Source of the DNA: Octopus sinensis
Lineage: Eukaryota
Length of the DNA stretch: 64,000 nt
NCBI RefSeq assembly: GCF_006345805.1
Contig: NC_043004.1
Location: 67,332,001 to 67,396,000, forward strand
Direction: 5' to 3'
Below the pieces are notes generated by a model. The model searched no databases. It was not told where the DNA came from and saw only the letters and a list, made by a program, of their open reading frames with translations. Positions 12,631 through 26,542 of this stretch are shown piece after piece. Within the stretch, counting starts at the first letter, position 1, and every line of letters starts with the position of its first letter. Both the position numbers and the translations under genes were made by a program.

Positions 12631-13744
12631 GGCATTTTGCGATACTTTTAAAAACAGAAACCCACCATAACTACGTATGCGTGTGCGTGTGTGCATGTGT
12701 ATGTGTGTGTGCGTGTGTGTTAAATAAAATAACACAACAAAGCCAGGCAGTGTTAAATTTCTAGGAACTTTATAAAAAAAAGGTAGTCTTGCAGCTGTTT
12801 CAGGGATATAAAAGATGTAAAAGAAGTTATTTTGGAAAGGGAGAGATGTAAGAAGTATATAGGGAAATATAAGAATTATAATATATATGTTGGATATTGA
12901 AGTTGCTATTTCATTATCCAATGAATGTGCCGTGTAGAATGGATAAAGAGGCATCTTCATGGTATGTAAAATCCGATAGGAGTTCATATTTTGTGATTTA
13001 TAAATGGATAGTGTGCAGATATTAATTCTATGTGGTGTTCATTGAAAGGGATCTTGTAGAATAAATAAAATTTTGAAAATATACTGGTGGGAGGTGAGGA
13101 ATAGAGGGAAGAGATTAGAAAAGGATAGATGAGAATGTGAAAAGGAAGAAAAATGGTGTTGGTCAAAAAGATTATGGGAAGAAAAACAAGAAACAAAGAA
13201 AAATATAGAGAAAAGGAAAAAGAGAGTGCTAGGTGGTGGTCAAGATATTGTGAGGGTGGGGGAGGAGAGCTATCAGTAGATAAAAGGAACATGAGGCGGG
13301 ATAGAAGGAAGAGATAAGAATGTAAAGAAGGAACATGTGTGAGAAGTGCTGGGGGTGAGGTGATATGTTTGAAAAGGCAATAAGGTGGGGGGATAAAGAA
13401 GGTGGTGCGGAGGGGGTACTAGAGGCGCTAATCGTGAATTATTCTGACTACCTCCTTCTTCTTAACCCCCCCACACACAGACACACGGACACAGACACAC
13501 ATACACATACATACACACATACATATATTTACATGTATTCATGTGTGTATGTGTGTTCGTGTGTGTTTATATAAGCACAAACACACTCACATTTATTGCT
13601 TTCATTCTGTGAATCTGAGAGAACGAGAATTAAAACTTAAAACTCAAAATATGGGCAGTATGTTTATTACAAACTACCCATATGGAATATGGGTATATGT
13701 TTATTACATATAAAATTGATGTCAGATTTAATAGTCATTTTCAG

Positions 13745-13842
13745 CGTTGTGAATGTCCCCGCACAGGTTTCTCCTCTGCTCGTACAGTCAGCAACGATTT
13801 CACTCGTATATCTGTTATGTCCAAACAATCAGTAGTATATAG
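13745..13842 (+). CDS. Candidate internal exon (phase 0-2): RCECPRTGFSSARTVSNDFTRISVMSKQSVVY
   Basis: Acceptor GTCATTTTCAG and donor AG|GTAAGT; 98 nt; only frame 0 is open through the exon. Confidence 0.5.
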
Positions 13843-14382
13843 GTAAGTTGGTTTTTATTCGTTGCATGTTAACTCATTTCGCAGTTCTCTGGTAGTGAGA
13901 GAAATACCTCTACAGCCAGTTGTATGTCCGGATCGTCAGAGATTTATTATACAAGTGGTCACCAGAAAATATTTGTCACCTGAAAATATTTGAAAATATA
14001 TTTACAAGAAACACAATGGGATAAGGGATCCACTGTTAAAAGGATCAACCCAGTTAGAGCTATCTTGAAATGACATGTACACTGAAAAATTCAGAGATGT
14101 TGGTAAACATGCGTTAAATTTATTGAGAGTAAAGCAAGTTTCAGATCTCTTTAAAGTATATCTTATATTTCTCATATTTCTTCTTTAGAGGCTTCAGTCA
14201 TTTCACTGTGACCAATACAGATTTTAGTCCAAGATATCGCACACAGGATTGATTTTTTTTCAGCTCAGCATCTATTCTATCTATTTTGCCGAACCGCCAA
14301 GTTACGGCAACTTAAACACAGCACCACCGGCTGTCATGCGTTGGTTGGGGCAAATACAGACACAAAGCCATACACACATTTG

Positions 14383-14467
<85 letters not shown>

Positions 14468-15224
14468 ATATGTTACAATTACTCAATGGTCAAGATAAAA
14501 CTCTGAGTTTCAGATGCCGAAGTGGAAATTCACAAAACCATCTCTTCTATATATATCATGGACTTCTTTAACGTTTCATCTTCCAAATCCACTCACAAGG
14601 CTTTGGTCGGCCTGAGATTGTAATAGAAGACATTCGTCCACGGTGTGACACGGTGGGTATAAACCAGGAACCATGAGGTTGGGAACCAAGCTTTATACCA
14701 CACAACCATTCCTGCACCATATATGAAGGGGCAGATCAGTTCGATGGAAGACAGGAAGTATACAATCAGGTTGATCCAAGGCACACTTTCTTAATTTTCT
14801 GAGCCGATACCAAATTTGCCTTCTATATTTCTGTACTCGAAGACAAAGTTCTTATACGGTACAGAATTTGATATTCTCTGTGTCTTCTCCCTACCCTCGG
14901 AATTAATCACCTATGTGCAATCTTCAGCCAATAAATATTACTCTATTTTATGAAGCGTATTCTTCGTATTTTGTTAAAATTTTAAGGTGTGTTGTAGGAA
15001 TTTTGGCTATTATTTTTACTATACCGAGCAGTCATTTTGAGGCTTCCTCATTACCGGAGAAATATCTCGATATGTGATACTCGGTCGAAGATTCAACTTC
15101 GTCACAATTACGCATCTCATCAATTCTAAACATCAAAGTACCATGCAACTTCCTCTCTAAAATCGGTTTCTTTTGTTCCCTTCTGTAAATTTGCGTTTTA
15201 TTTTATATTGTTTTTCTTCTGCAG

Positions 15225-15315
15225 TGTAAAGGAGAAAAACGCCTCTACTAAGTTAAAGGCTGGTTTACCTTCAGTCAAGTCATCTTTACTTGACGTAATG
15301 CCTGACAACACATAA
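15225..15315 (+). CDS. Candidate terminal coding exon (phase 2): (S)VKEKNASTKLKAGLPSVKSSLLDVMPDNT*
   Basis: Very strong acceptor (TTTTATTTTATATTGTTTTTCTTCTGCAG). Its phase-2 frame stays open to TAA at 15313-15315 and matches the phase left by exon 13745-13842. U-rich UTR-like sequence follows. Confidence 0.48.
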
Positions 15316-16197
15316 CTTCGTACACTGCATTCTATTGTTTCATTTTCCATTCTTTTTGCATTCTTTCATAAACGATAAATTTTAATTCAATTTTTTTTCC
15401 TGAGTATTTGTTTGCATTTTAATATAATCTATCGATTTTTAGTTTGATTCCAGTTTTTTTAAAAGATCTTTTTGTATTTAGGAATGAATTGAATCATTTA
15501 AATATTTTCAGAAAAACCTGGAATATTGGTAATTAAGATTATTTGAAATTACATTAAGTCACCATATGTTGAATATCAACAGCTTGCTCTTCTAATACTT
15601 GGTACATTTCATTTCACTTTTCTTGCCATTTATGTTTTCTTCTTGACGTTGTTATTAATTATATTTCATTATTTTAATTCTTATATTCTTTATTTTATTC
15701 CCATTCATTGATTTAATGTTTATCTCACAACTTCTATCCCCCTTTCTTCCCCCTTAAATGTGTTTAATATCTTTTTGTGATTTATCTCTCATGTTTTTGT
15801 TTCTACGTATTTGTAGTCTCTTTATTTTTTTTGTATCGCTGTGTTCTGTCTTTCAGATTATTATTTTCTCTTTTATAATTTTCTATATGTTTTAATAGAT
15901 TTAGTTATTTTCGTTTTTTTTTTTTTTCTAAATTTTAAATTACAGTTCTAAATTACGAGAGAAAATGCCATCTACTTTGCTAGGCGTGACATTTACAGTT
16001 TTACTGAGCTACTTTAACAAACTATTACCTCAAATATGGCTATTTGTGTTCGTTGTAAATGTAATATTAGCAACATTAAAACACCAGCGATAATTTACAA
16101 ACATTGTACAGAAATATGATGCGTGCGGCAGAAATTTTGAGTAAAGCATGCCTATATATTGACACATGAACCTACTCAATGTCGTATATATACATAC

Positions 16198-16237
<40 letters not shown>

Positions 16238-18712
16238 GGTAAATCCCGTGCACTTTATAAAGCAACGTTGAGGATGCTAAGGACGACTATATTGATTATT
16301 GATAGGTGATCGAATACCAGCAACAAGGAGGTATTGGTCTTACTTATAAAAGACGATATTAGAAATAAACTTACACATTTGATGCCAACTTCCCCAACAT
16401 TAAGTTAAAAACTTGCATCAAAATAAATTCATTTTAATTAATGTTGCAAGCGCTAGCTTAAGAATGAAAACTTATTTTATCAAATTTTCCGTTATTTTCA
16501 ACAATTATTGAAACAGAAAAGTTTTAACAGAAATTTGGTAAGAAAACGTTTAAGCTATATTCACTTCACCATTCTAGAGATGCATGAAATTAAAATGAAA
16601 GACAGCGTAATTGTTTGAAGTGCAACTAGACACATACAAACAATATTGCTTTTAAATATCTGACCTAATGTAGATGATATACGCAGGTAAGAGAACTGCT
16701 AGAAATAAATTCTAAATATCCCGCGCATCGCCAATTATAGTTTAAATAAAAGAGATCTCTTGGATAAAGTTATAATCGATACACAGTTTCTAAATTAGTA
16801 AAGTGAGATATACAAGCATAGTACGATTGCAATGATTGTAAATGAAAACAATATTTCAACTGACTTCATTTTGTTTTATTTAGCAGTGCTTACGCTGAGT
16901 TAAACAACGATAACTTCAAAACAACAACTTGCAAAATAAAGATGAATATTATCTGGTATACCTAGCATTTTCTCACTCATTCTCTTTCTGATTATTTGCT
17001 GCAAGAAGGATAGACTTGATGCTGACTGCGTCAATAACGTCGATGTTAATGATGATGATGTTATAGGCTGTTGTGCGTTAGAAATGGCGGTCATATCAAA
17101 ATTTCACAAATCTGATAAATCAGTTTGGTTATCTGCTATGAACTGTTACATGTCATTTTCTTGCACACAATGCAAGATTAATGACCAGTTCAAGCATGCG
17201 CATGAACTAATGTTAGGATGTATAAATTTGAAAAAAAATTATTCACCTATTTCTTCGATATTCTAGTATTCTCTATGAACTAGTGATGGCGCTTTTACGT
17301 ACGTAACCCCACCTTTTTTGCAAGAAATAACATCCAAATATTAGTAAAATAAACGCCGATTGTATAACAAAAAGGAGAATTTAAATTTACATTGTAACCT
17401 TTTCTGTGTCATGTCACATTAAAATTCGATTGCCTTGGGTATCTTCTGAAGTCAGCCTGAACAAGTGGTATTTATGTGTAAGTAAGAGCAACAATGATAG
17501 CAACTTCAAAACTGGAAAACCAACAATGTAAGTTATAGAAAGCGAACTAGCAACGACCACAGGAGCTACCACAAGGGGAATAACTGCAACATCACTACAT
17601 TAACGATAATAGCAACAACAACAATATTGTTAACTGCTAAAACAGGGACAAATAACAACAACAACATTGGAAAATTACTATTAGAATCAAGAGCATCAAC
17701 AATATCAGAAATAATAACAACCAGAGCAATAGAGGCAATATCGTCATCGGCAACAGAACTAAAATTAACAGACAGAACAACAACAACAACGGCAATAACG
17801 ATAGATTCATTTGGCACTGCTACAAATATGTATAACGTTGATGGGGAGAAGTCTGACTATGTAAAAACAATTTCGAATTCAGCTCACCATGTAAATACGA
17901 CGGTCACACCAGAAAGAGATATGAGAAGAGCACTCGGCAATCACGAGGTCAAACTGGATATGTGTCTCTTTAGAGAGCCTTATTTGGACACGAGCCACAT
18001 AATGGAATTATATTGACGAAGTCTGTGAAGATTCTCATCGAATTAAATGTATAACGAATGACATATGTTTATGTGGTCAGTTAGATATAAGCGTATGTAT
18101 GTGTGTGAGTGAATTTGTGCGTGTTAGTGTGTTTGTGTATGAGTGTCTGTGTGTGTGCGCGTGTCTGCGTGTGTGAGTATGCTTGTGTGTGAGATTGTGT
18201 CTGTGTCTGGGAGTGTATCTGTGTGTGTGAGTGTGTGTAGCTGTATGTCAGCTAGAAAAAAAACTACAAAGACGAATAAAGCTGCTAGTAATTTAGGAAG
18301 AATGACAGCAATTTTGAAGGGAGACGATTAATTATTGTTGTCAAGGCGTGATATAGTCGTCGATAACATAAAAGCATTGTATATCATAACAAAAGCACAT
18401 ACAGAGCGCAAACCTCTACCAAGGCAACACCAGCATCCTCTCAACGATTAGCCAGAGCTGATTTTTAAAATGAGAATATCTGAAATAAACTCGACTGTTC
18501 TTACCAGCGAGGATACTAAAAATGAACCCGAGCGCTCTCAAAGATTAAGTAAAAAATACGGGGAAAATAATCCAAAATCCTTATCCGGTATTTGATGGTA
18601 GTCATGGCATGTGGAAGTGGCTGTTGAAAATTTAGTAACAGTAATAAATAGTTTATCCTTATCTAATACAAGCCAAAGTTAACAAATTCACCATTCAAAA
18701 TAGTTACAGCGT

Positions 18713-18960
18713 GAAGGGAGGTAATTGACGTAAGATCAAAATCATGTAAAGTAATATAAATTTAATAAATCATCCAGAATCTTTGTCCGGTACCAGATCG
18801 ATACCAAAATCTAATCAGTTCTTGCCGGTCATGGGGCCAATAATCTGTGAAAGTTTCATCCGAATCCATCCAGTAGTACTTACGATATCTTGTCCAGGGA
18901 CAAACTAACAAACTAATAAACACGGCTGAAAACAATACCTCCGCCTTCGCTTTGTGAAGA
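18713..18960. mobile_element. Non-autonomous DNA element with imperfect terminal inverted repeats (MITE or Helentron-associated type)
   Basis: GAAGGGAGGTAATT (18713-18726) is roughly inverse to AATACCTCCGCCTTC (18934-18948), followed by a short hairpin. The internal ATCCAGAATC...GGACAAAC(TAAC)n body is one I recall as a mollusc interspersed repeat. Confidence 0.45.
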
Positions 18961-19144
18961 TTTTGTAAAGCAGGGACAAGATCTGAAATTTAGACAAGAG
19001 GATACATGCATGCCAGAAAGCGTAGTAATACTTCACTGGTATTTACTTTTATATGTCAAGAAAGGGCAAGAGGCAAAATTGACCTTGGTTTGATGTCCAC
19101 CAAAAATGACACGAAGAAGAATTTCGCAAAAAGGTACTACACAA

Positions 19145-19860
19145 TCAGTTCCATGCAGCCACAACCGAAGTTGCTAGAAAATATAGGTGTGGTTGGCTGA
19201 AGAAAGGAACACTAAAAAAGAGACCGAGAGCTTTGGTTACGAACTGAAGGGTAGACGTTTTGAACGAATAGGTCTGTAATAGAGTAGATGAAACCATTGC
19301 ATCTGTAATAGAGTAGATGAAACCATTGCCCATATCAGAACGAATGTACTGGATTTTCACAAACCCACTGCAAGCTGTGGCGACACGATCACATAGCAAA
19401 CGTGCTACCTTGGAGACTGTGCGAAAGGTGGGGACTAGAGGACAGGAAGAGGTGATATGATAACAAAATGCAGAGAGTGACGCAGTCGTCGACTAACAAA
19501 ATCATCTGGGATTTTCCAATCCAAACAGATCAGGTGCTAGAGCATAACATACCGGATCTGGAGGTGATTGACAAATTGTACCACATGTGCTATGTAGTTG
19601 CATGCACCTTTGACCCACGAATAGTTAAGAAGAAAGGCGAAACAAGTATATAATTTCAACCTTCTTAAGTACAAAATAACCCATCTACAGAAAATGAAGA
19701 ATGCGTCAATTATTGTTGGATCCTTGGGAACACTATAGAAGGTATCAAGTGGAATACAAAGGAAACTGAAATAGAGTACCCAGTAGAAGTGTTAGAAAAG
19801 CTTTTGCCTCTTTGGCACGCCCAGAATAATCAGAAAAATGAGATCGTTGAAACGGACAGT
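19145..19860 (+). mobile_element. Decayed R4/Dong-like non-LTR retrotransposon 3' part (zinc knuckle plus restriction-like endonuclease)
   Basis: Fragments read QFHAATTEVA...WLKKGTLK/ETES, CNRVDETIAHI, KIIWDFPIQTDQVLEHNIPDLEVIDK and IIVGSLG, with frameshifts and stops. A 29-nt tandem duplication sits at 19273-19329. Confidence 0.82.
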
Positions 19861-21569
19861 TCCATAGGTTGCAGATAGCAAATCTGCTACGCATGGAACA
19901 ATACAGGAGTTCCAATAAAGCCTGTGATAAAAATACGTTCCTATAACAATAATTATAATCATGTCTAGTATAGGCACGAAGCACAACATTTTGTCGATTT
20001 TTTACATCCCAATTCCCAATTGTTTCTTATTTGATCGAGCGAAAGCACGAAAGGCAATGTGACATCAACGGAATTTGATTGTAAAATGTAAAATCATGGA
20101 GCAACTAGAACAAGGCTGTTTGATGCTGTTATGATCTGTCAATGCCTCGTCATGAACAGTATTATAATCGAAATCGTTTAAATACAAACGTTAGAATGTT
20201 AGGGAAGAGCTAAAACATATTAAATTTGTATCTTGATTTGGAATCTATTAGAATTATGTTCTTTCTGATATAATCAAACTGTTTAAAGTAGTTTATATAT
20301 TTGAAATGAACTGTTATAATTTTAACAATATTCTGAATGGAACCAACGAAGGAGCTATGGCGTTGAACGTCATAGATTCCAACGATGGAATCTATGACGT
20401 TGAAGGAGGTCTAGATTAGAGCAGCCATATCGTCCTCAAAGCACATCGTAGAGTAGAACGGAATATTGATAATTTTTATCTGCAAAGTACTATGTTTTGC
20501 ATAAAAGATATGATGAGCACTGCGGGAATGGTTTTGACCATAATGACATTCAAGACATGGAACGAAATAGTAAAACGCGAAACCACTAACTACCACCAAC
20601 TGTGGTATATCTCAGTCATCAGAAGCCACCGTATCTGTTCGGCTCTGCCAGAAATAACTGCAAAATCGCGCCCAAATCGCAACCAGCCTCTTAAAACTTT
20701 GAAGGATATATTATCTGATTTAGTGCAGTTTTTATATCACTAAAACCATGCCAAGATGGCTACTGGAGCATGGCTTTGTTTATCTTTGCACAACCACGCG
20801 TATCCCTCGATGCGACATTAAAGAAAGAATTTTAAATTGACACAAGCAGTATTGTAACAAACACTAACAGATTCTTTTCAATAATGCTCTGTAGAAATAA
20901 TATTTATTTTCTCTCGATGAATACCTAGTTTATTTAACTGATACTTTAGATTTGTTTTATATGATATTTCAATGGTTTCAGATGAAATGTTAGTCCCAAA
21001 GCATTTGTAAAGTCGTATTTATAATAATAAAATAAACTAAATATTTGTTACTGTATGTTTATCTTTTTCTGGTATACTCACTTTGATAGGAAATTCTGGA
21101 CGTAAGTTTGTTATTATTGAGAGAGATTTTCTGATGGAGATTTTGAAAACAGAGAACCCTATCAGTTAAAATCAAAGCGAATAATATCAAAACCTAACAA
21201 AATTTCAGACAAAGTTACAAATTTTAGAGAACGGGGTTGGTCGATAAACCGGCTACAGTACCTGACTGGTACATTGTTTTGTCGACTCCAGACAAATGAA
21301 AATAAATTTGAGGTTGTTGGACTTTGAATTCAGAACATTGACGGGAAGAAATAAAATTTCCTTTTCTGTTTTATATATATAAGGTGGCCTTCATTATTTT
21401 ATAAGTTTCACATTAACATTTCGCTAAATCAGCCACAAAAGTAACTAGTTAATATACAGAGTGCGATTGGTATTTTTTCGTCAATTCATATTTTAAATTC
21501 GCTCATACGCACGACTACACCGTATGGTAGGGTAAGTTGGACATCGTAAGTGAGAAGAACAGCGTGTTG

Positions 21570-21760
21570 GAGCAATGGCCCAGTGGTTAGGGCAGCGGAC
21601 TCGCGGTCGTGAGAACGCGGTTTCGATTCCCAGACCGGGCATTGTGAGTGTTTATTGAGCAAAAACACCTAAGCTCCACGAGGCTCCGGCGGGTGCTGGT
21701 GCTGAACCCCGCTCTACTCTTTCACCACAACTTTCTCTCACTCTTTATTCCTACTTCTGC
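21570..21760 (+). mobile_element. SINE family D (tRNA-derived head)
   Basis: GGAGCAATGGCCCAGTGGTTAGGGCAGCGGACTCGCGGTC...GGTTTCGATTCCCAGACC carries A and B boxes but has no valid cloverleaf or anticodon arm. A second copy is at 24075-24345 (minus). Confidence 0.8.
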
Positions 21761-22214
21761 CACAAACAGAGGAAGCATGGTGTAATCCACTATGGTGTGG
21801 TAAACCTTCAGACCCTAGTCTAGATTGATAATCCTCTGTACCCCAGGATAGTTCAGCACGCCACACGTTTACGGCGTGGTAGTTTTCGCGCCCGTGCAAC
21901 CGCCAATCTATCGCGTGTGGTGGGTGGATCTTCAAGTTGCCACACGCATTCTTAGTAGCTTAGAGTAGGCTCGAATTAGAAATTATTCTTTGTGGCTAAT
22001 GGCATGAGCCCTGATTGGAAGAAGAAGAAGAAGAAGAAGAAGAGAAGAACAACAACAACAACAACAACAACAATAGCAGCAGCAGCAGCAGCATGACGCT
22101 ATTCACTATACCAGAAATTTGGAAATGACATACTGTCCTCCTTGACATTTGCACCGGAAGCTACATTTGGAACAAATTGTGAACACATAGAACATCCATT
22201 AGCCTTCCGAGTCC

Positions 22215-22600
22215 CTAAAACATGTGCCGAGAGTGATAAAAATCTAACATCCAGTCACCATCATGGTGTTTGAAGTGATTACTAGTGATGGTGACGTTAT
22301 GCCGCCATTCATCTTCCCACACCACCTCAAACTCAACACAGAGGCCTACATCAACACTCTGGAGGAGGTAATGATGCCCTTTTTCAAATGGATTGCTGCT
22401 AGAAGACTTTGTCTGTCAAAAGGAATCTGCAGCATGCCACACAAGCATCAAAACACAATCACAGCTATCAGACAATTTCTGTGACCACATCAGCCTTAAC
22501 ATCTGGCCGGCTAACTCCCCAGACTGCAAACCTCTTGATTATTATGTGAGGGGTGCAGTTGAGCGAGAGTCCAACAAAACTCCTTGTAACAAAAAAAACA
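22215..22600 (+). mobile_element. Tc1/mariner transposase remnant, maT (DD37D)-like
   Basis: Two frameshifted ORFs read MVFEVITSDGDVMPPFIFP..LKLNTEAYI..LEEV and QKESAACHTS.KTQ..LSDNFCDHI..NIWPANSPDCKPLDYYVRGAVERESNKTPCN. These match the second and third catalytic Asp regions (WPxxSPDxNPLDY). Confidence 0.88.
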
Positions 22601-23469
22601 TGAACTGCAAGCTAGGGAAAATGTTTTTTATTTTTCGTGAAAAACCGACGTATAATCGAGAAAGCCTAAAATCGAAAGGAATTAAGCCGGGGTATGCCTG
22701 TATATATATGGACGTATATAATATATAAATAAGAGGGAAAGTTAACAGAGAAAATGAAAAAAACTTGACGGTTGATTGGAAAAATGGAGGTTGAAAGAAA
22801 GGGAGATAATGATTAAAAAAGGGGATGAATGAAAGGGAGATAATAAAGTGCTAGTGATCCCAAAAAGAAAAAAGCCTATGTGCGTGTGTGTATATGTGAG
22901 AATGGTGAGTGAGATATTAAGGGTGAGTGATTCTGACATGTGGGAATGTATAATTTTTGACGTGTATGTGTATGTTGTGTGCTTTTTCATGTGGTGTGTG
23001 CATATGTCTGCGTGTATCTGTATGTTGCTGTCACCAAACAATGTGCATGAGTGTGGTGTATATATGTGATCGAAATTTCTCTTTGTCTATTATATTGCGT
23101 GTTTCGTGTGTAGGTATATATAACATGTGTTCAGGTGTTACGTGCTTGTGTCGGTGTAGGATGAAGTGGTAAGCGATGAGTTGAAACAGAATTATCAACG
23201 ACGTGGTTGTCACTGCAGAGCCTGCAAATAGGGAGGAATTCGGAATAGGTGATGGAGAGCTTGGTGAGGGTTGGGTGAGAGAAGGAGACGTTAATATAAG
23301 AGTGTGAGTCAGTGTGTTTGCAGTGGATAGAGGGAATGAAAATGGAGTGGTGTATTGTGATAGAAATGTCGAGAAATTAGACGGAAGAGTTAGAAATAGT
23401 ACAGACGTATTTGGGGGCAGAAGGGGATTGTACAAAAGAGAGGAAGGAGTCAAGTTGTTCGCGCAAGAC

Positions 23470-23800
23470 TGATGTTACGCCGATGCAGAATTGTGAGAAT
23501 CGTTGTGCCTCAACGTAGCCAACGAACAGGTTCGCTTAATTGGGGTCCTTTTTCGTTCTCATGGCCAGTCGCGAGACTTGTTGGTACAAATCGTATGCGA
23601 AAGAGAAGCAGTTAAGGGAGAGATCATGTTCGGCCAAACGAAGAAATGTAGAGGGGCCAAGTGGGGGCTCAAGTCGAAGGTCCAGAAAGTGTTTCAGCAC
23701 CAGAAGTCCGCGTTCTGTGGGATCACCGTATATAAACTCTTGATATCAAGGGCTTTTAGTTTCTTTCAAAGGCACAAGATATTGGAAGGCGTAAGGCATT
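23470..23800 (-). mobile_element. Highly decayed Tc1/mariner-like transposase C-terminal remnant
   Basis: The minus frame reads NADFW...SPHLAPLHFFVWPNM, resembling the SPDLNPLDYFVW motif. The rest is poorly conserved. Confidence 0.45.
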
Positions 23801-23946
23801 ACTAGAAGACAGTTGCCCAACGTGACCTGTAGTGAGACTGAACCCAGAATTATGTGGTTGAGAAGAACGCTACTTACCGCACAACCACACCTGTACCGCT
23901 GTATAGTTATTTATTTAATTATCGACATTCATGTGCGAGTGTGCAC

Positions 23947-24065
<119 letters not shown>

Positions 24066-24074
24066 TTGTTCCTT

Positions 24075-24345
24075 CTCGAGCCATGCCTGTCTCATAAGGG
24101 CCGCTTTCCCGGTTTCCTTGGCGTATAGGCTTCCCATCTGGACGGGACGCTGGTCCGTCGCAGATGAGCTGCAGAATGCAAGAGGAAAGAATAGAGAAAG
24201 TTGTGGCGAAAGAGTCAGCAGAAGTTCGCCTTACCTTCTGCCGGAGCCGCGTGGAGCTAAGGTGTTTTCGCTCATAAACACACACAGCGCCCGGTCTGAG
24301 ATTCGAACCCCCCAATCTCTCGACCGCGAGTCCGCTACTTTACAC
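24075..24345 (-). mobile_element. SINE family D, near full length
   Basis: Reverse-complement match to the 21570 head and body, plus a tail CTGCGACGGACCAGCGTCCCGTCCAG...GAAACCGGGAAAGCGGCCC. Confidence 0.82.
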
Positions 24346-24353
24346 ACACCGCA

Positions 24354-24404
<51 letters not shown>

Positions 24405-24572
24405 ACATACATATATGTAAGTATGTATCAATGTATGTTTATATGCTTGTACGTACGTATATTGGCATGATGTATGCAAGTATGTATATATGCACGTGTG
24501 ATAGAATGTTTGTATGTATGGAGGATTTTCTGTATATGAAGCGAACCAAAGTACACACACATACACACACAT

Positions 24573-24646
<74 letters not shown>

Positions 24647-24727
24647 TGATAAGGATAGATAGATAAGGAACAAAGTGAGGGACATGGGAAGATATAGACA
24701 TTATTAACTATATGCTTGTGTGTATGC

Positions 24728-24761
<34 letters not shown>

Positions 24762-24780
24762 GTGTGTGCGTGTGTGCTAC

Positions 24781-24822
<42 letters not shown>

Positions 24823-25884
24823 CTTCCTTTCTCCTGCAATGTTGCACGTCTGATTAAATGCCAAATGATATTTAATGCTGAAATCGATTCCATTGCAGAA
24901 GTGTCGCGTTGTAAGGTTTCATTTCAACTTCTTCATTAAACTGAAGCCATATAAGAGGGATGTGTACAACCGAATATGTGTTGAAGAATTCACGGATGAC
25001 GATGTACGGACAGAATCAATATAGATTTGGTCAATGAAATAGAATACAGCAAACAAGTTCTCTAGAGTGTTTCTCCCAAAATATCCGCCTCCATGTCAAA
25101 TACTTGTCATGCTAAGCACCACAATACGAAACCTACTGCAAGATATTTCATCACATTGCTGAAGTTGATGTATTCTATATTTATACTCTGCTCCCAGTCT
25201 CTCTTATTGTTTATACGCGCGCCTGTCATTCTACGAGTGACTCTGACTGCTCCCTCCTTCACTCACACTTTATATCACTCATTCACACTGACAATCACTC
25301 ACACGTTATATCTGTCCATCTCATGGGCTTTTTTTTTTTCTCTCACTCCTTCCCTTTCTCTCTCTCTCCTGAGTGCCAGAATTTACGTCACACCTTAACA
25401 GCTATTAACCCTTTACTGTATAAATAACTGTTGGAATTAATTTACTATTTTCATATCTGCTTCTTTTGTTACTCGTAAGCGTAAACTAGAGTACATTAAG
25501 ACGAGACAATTCGACTCATAATTTGTTTCACGCAACTAGTCCATACACAAGTTTTCTCTCTGCCTTTTTGAGAGCAACAATAATGGTGAATGTTCTTCTG
25601 CTATATTCAATGCCACACATTTTCGTCCCACTCGTTTCCATTGCAAGAGATAGAACGCCGCACTAACAAATACTTCCAGGTACTTCAAATACCAGACGTC
25701 AAACCTACGTTGAATTAGTTCTTTGCGGTGATCTTTTGTGCAAATGTCGAATTTTATCAAGTTGAAACTGTAGGTAGGTTGAAGGCACAAATAACTCCGA
25801 TGTCTGTAAGGCAGAGGAGGACAAGCGTGCGTGCAGCTCCTATGTCTACACCGAGAGTTAAGGACAAAGTTACTACTACTATTG

Positions 25885-25947
<63 letters not shown>

Positions 25948-26542
25948 ATACTAATAATAATAATAATATAATAATAATAATAATAATAATATAATAATAA
26001 TAATAATAATAATAACAACAATAATAACAAAATACCGCTAAGCATTCTCGCCCGGTTTGCTATCGTTTCTGCCAGCTCGCCACCGAAGTATTACTAGTAC
26101 TTCTACTACTACAAGTAATCGTAGAGTTGATAAAACCCATCCCATCATTTGACTAGCACTTCATTTTAGCGTCACTGAGAGGGTCGAAAAGATAAAGTTG
26201 TGGAGACGGGACAGTCAGTTGAACATCGTCCACTTGTTGTATTTACCTATACAAGAGGTCAAAGGTTTTGATACAAGAGGTCGATGGTTTTCACATAAAA
26301 ATAAATACAAATAGCTTCAAATCTGTACGTGTTTTTCGCCGACACGCAAGACGCTTCCAATACTGACACATTAACCACTTCTAACTGAACGTGAAGGGAA
26401 TCATGGTCAGTCATCTGAACGGGTTAAACCTTTTAGTGGTTTTACCACATGTGTACAGATTACAGAAACAGACTTAGGCAACTCGTAGGATATAGAATTC
26501 TGTGATTATGGTTTTATCCTATGGTTATCTCATTTGACATGA

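Noticed and set aside
17501-18016. 171-codon Thr/Asn-rich open frame
   Set aside because: Two thirds is degenerate (AAC/ACA)n, which avoids stops. The unique part is only ~60 codons with no recognisable motif.
20411-20743. Possible mariner C-terminal remnant
   Set aside because: No SPDL or other diagnostic motif could be read.
21571-21641. tRNA-like sequence
   Set aside because: It has A and B boxes but no valid cloverleaf and continues into a SINE body with a second copy, so it is a SINE head.
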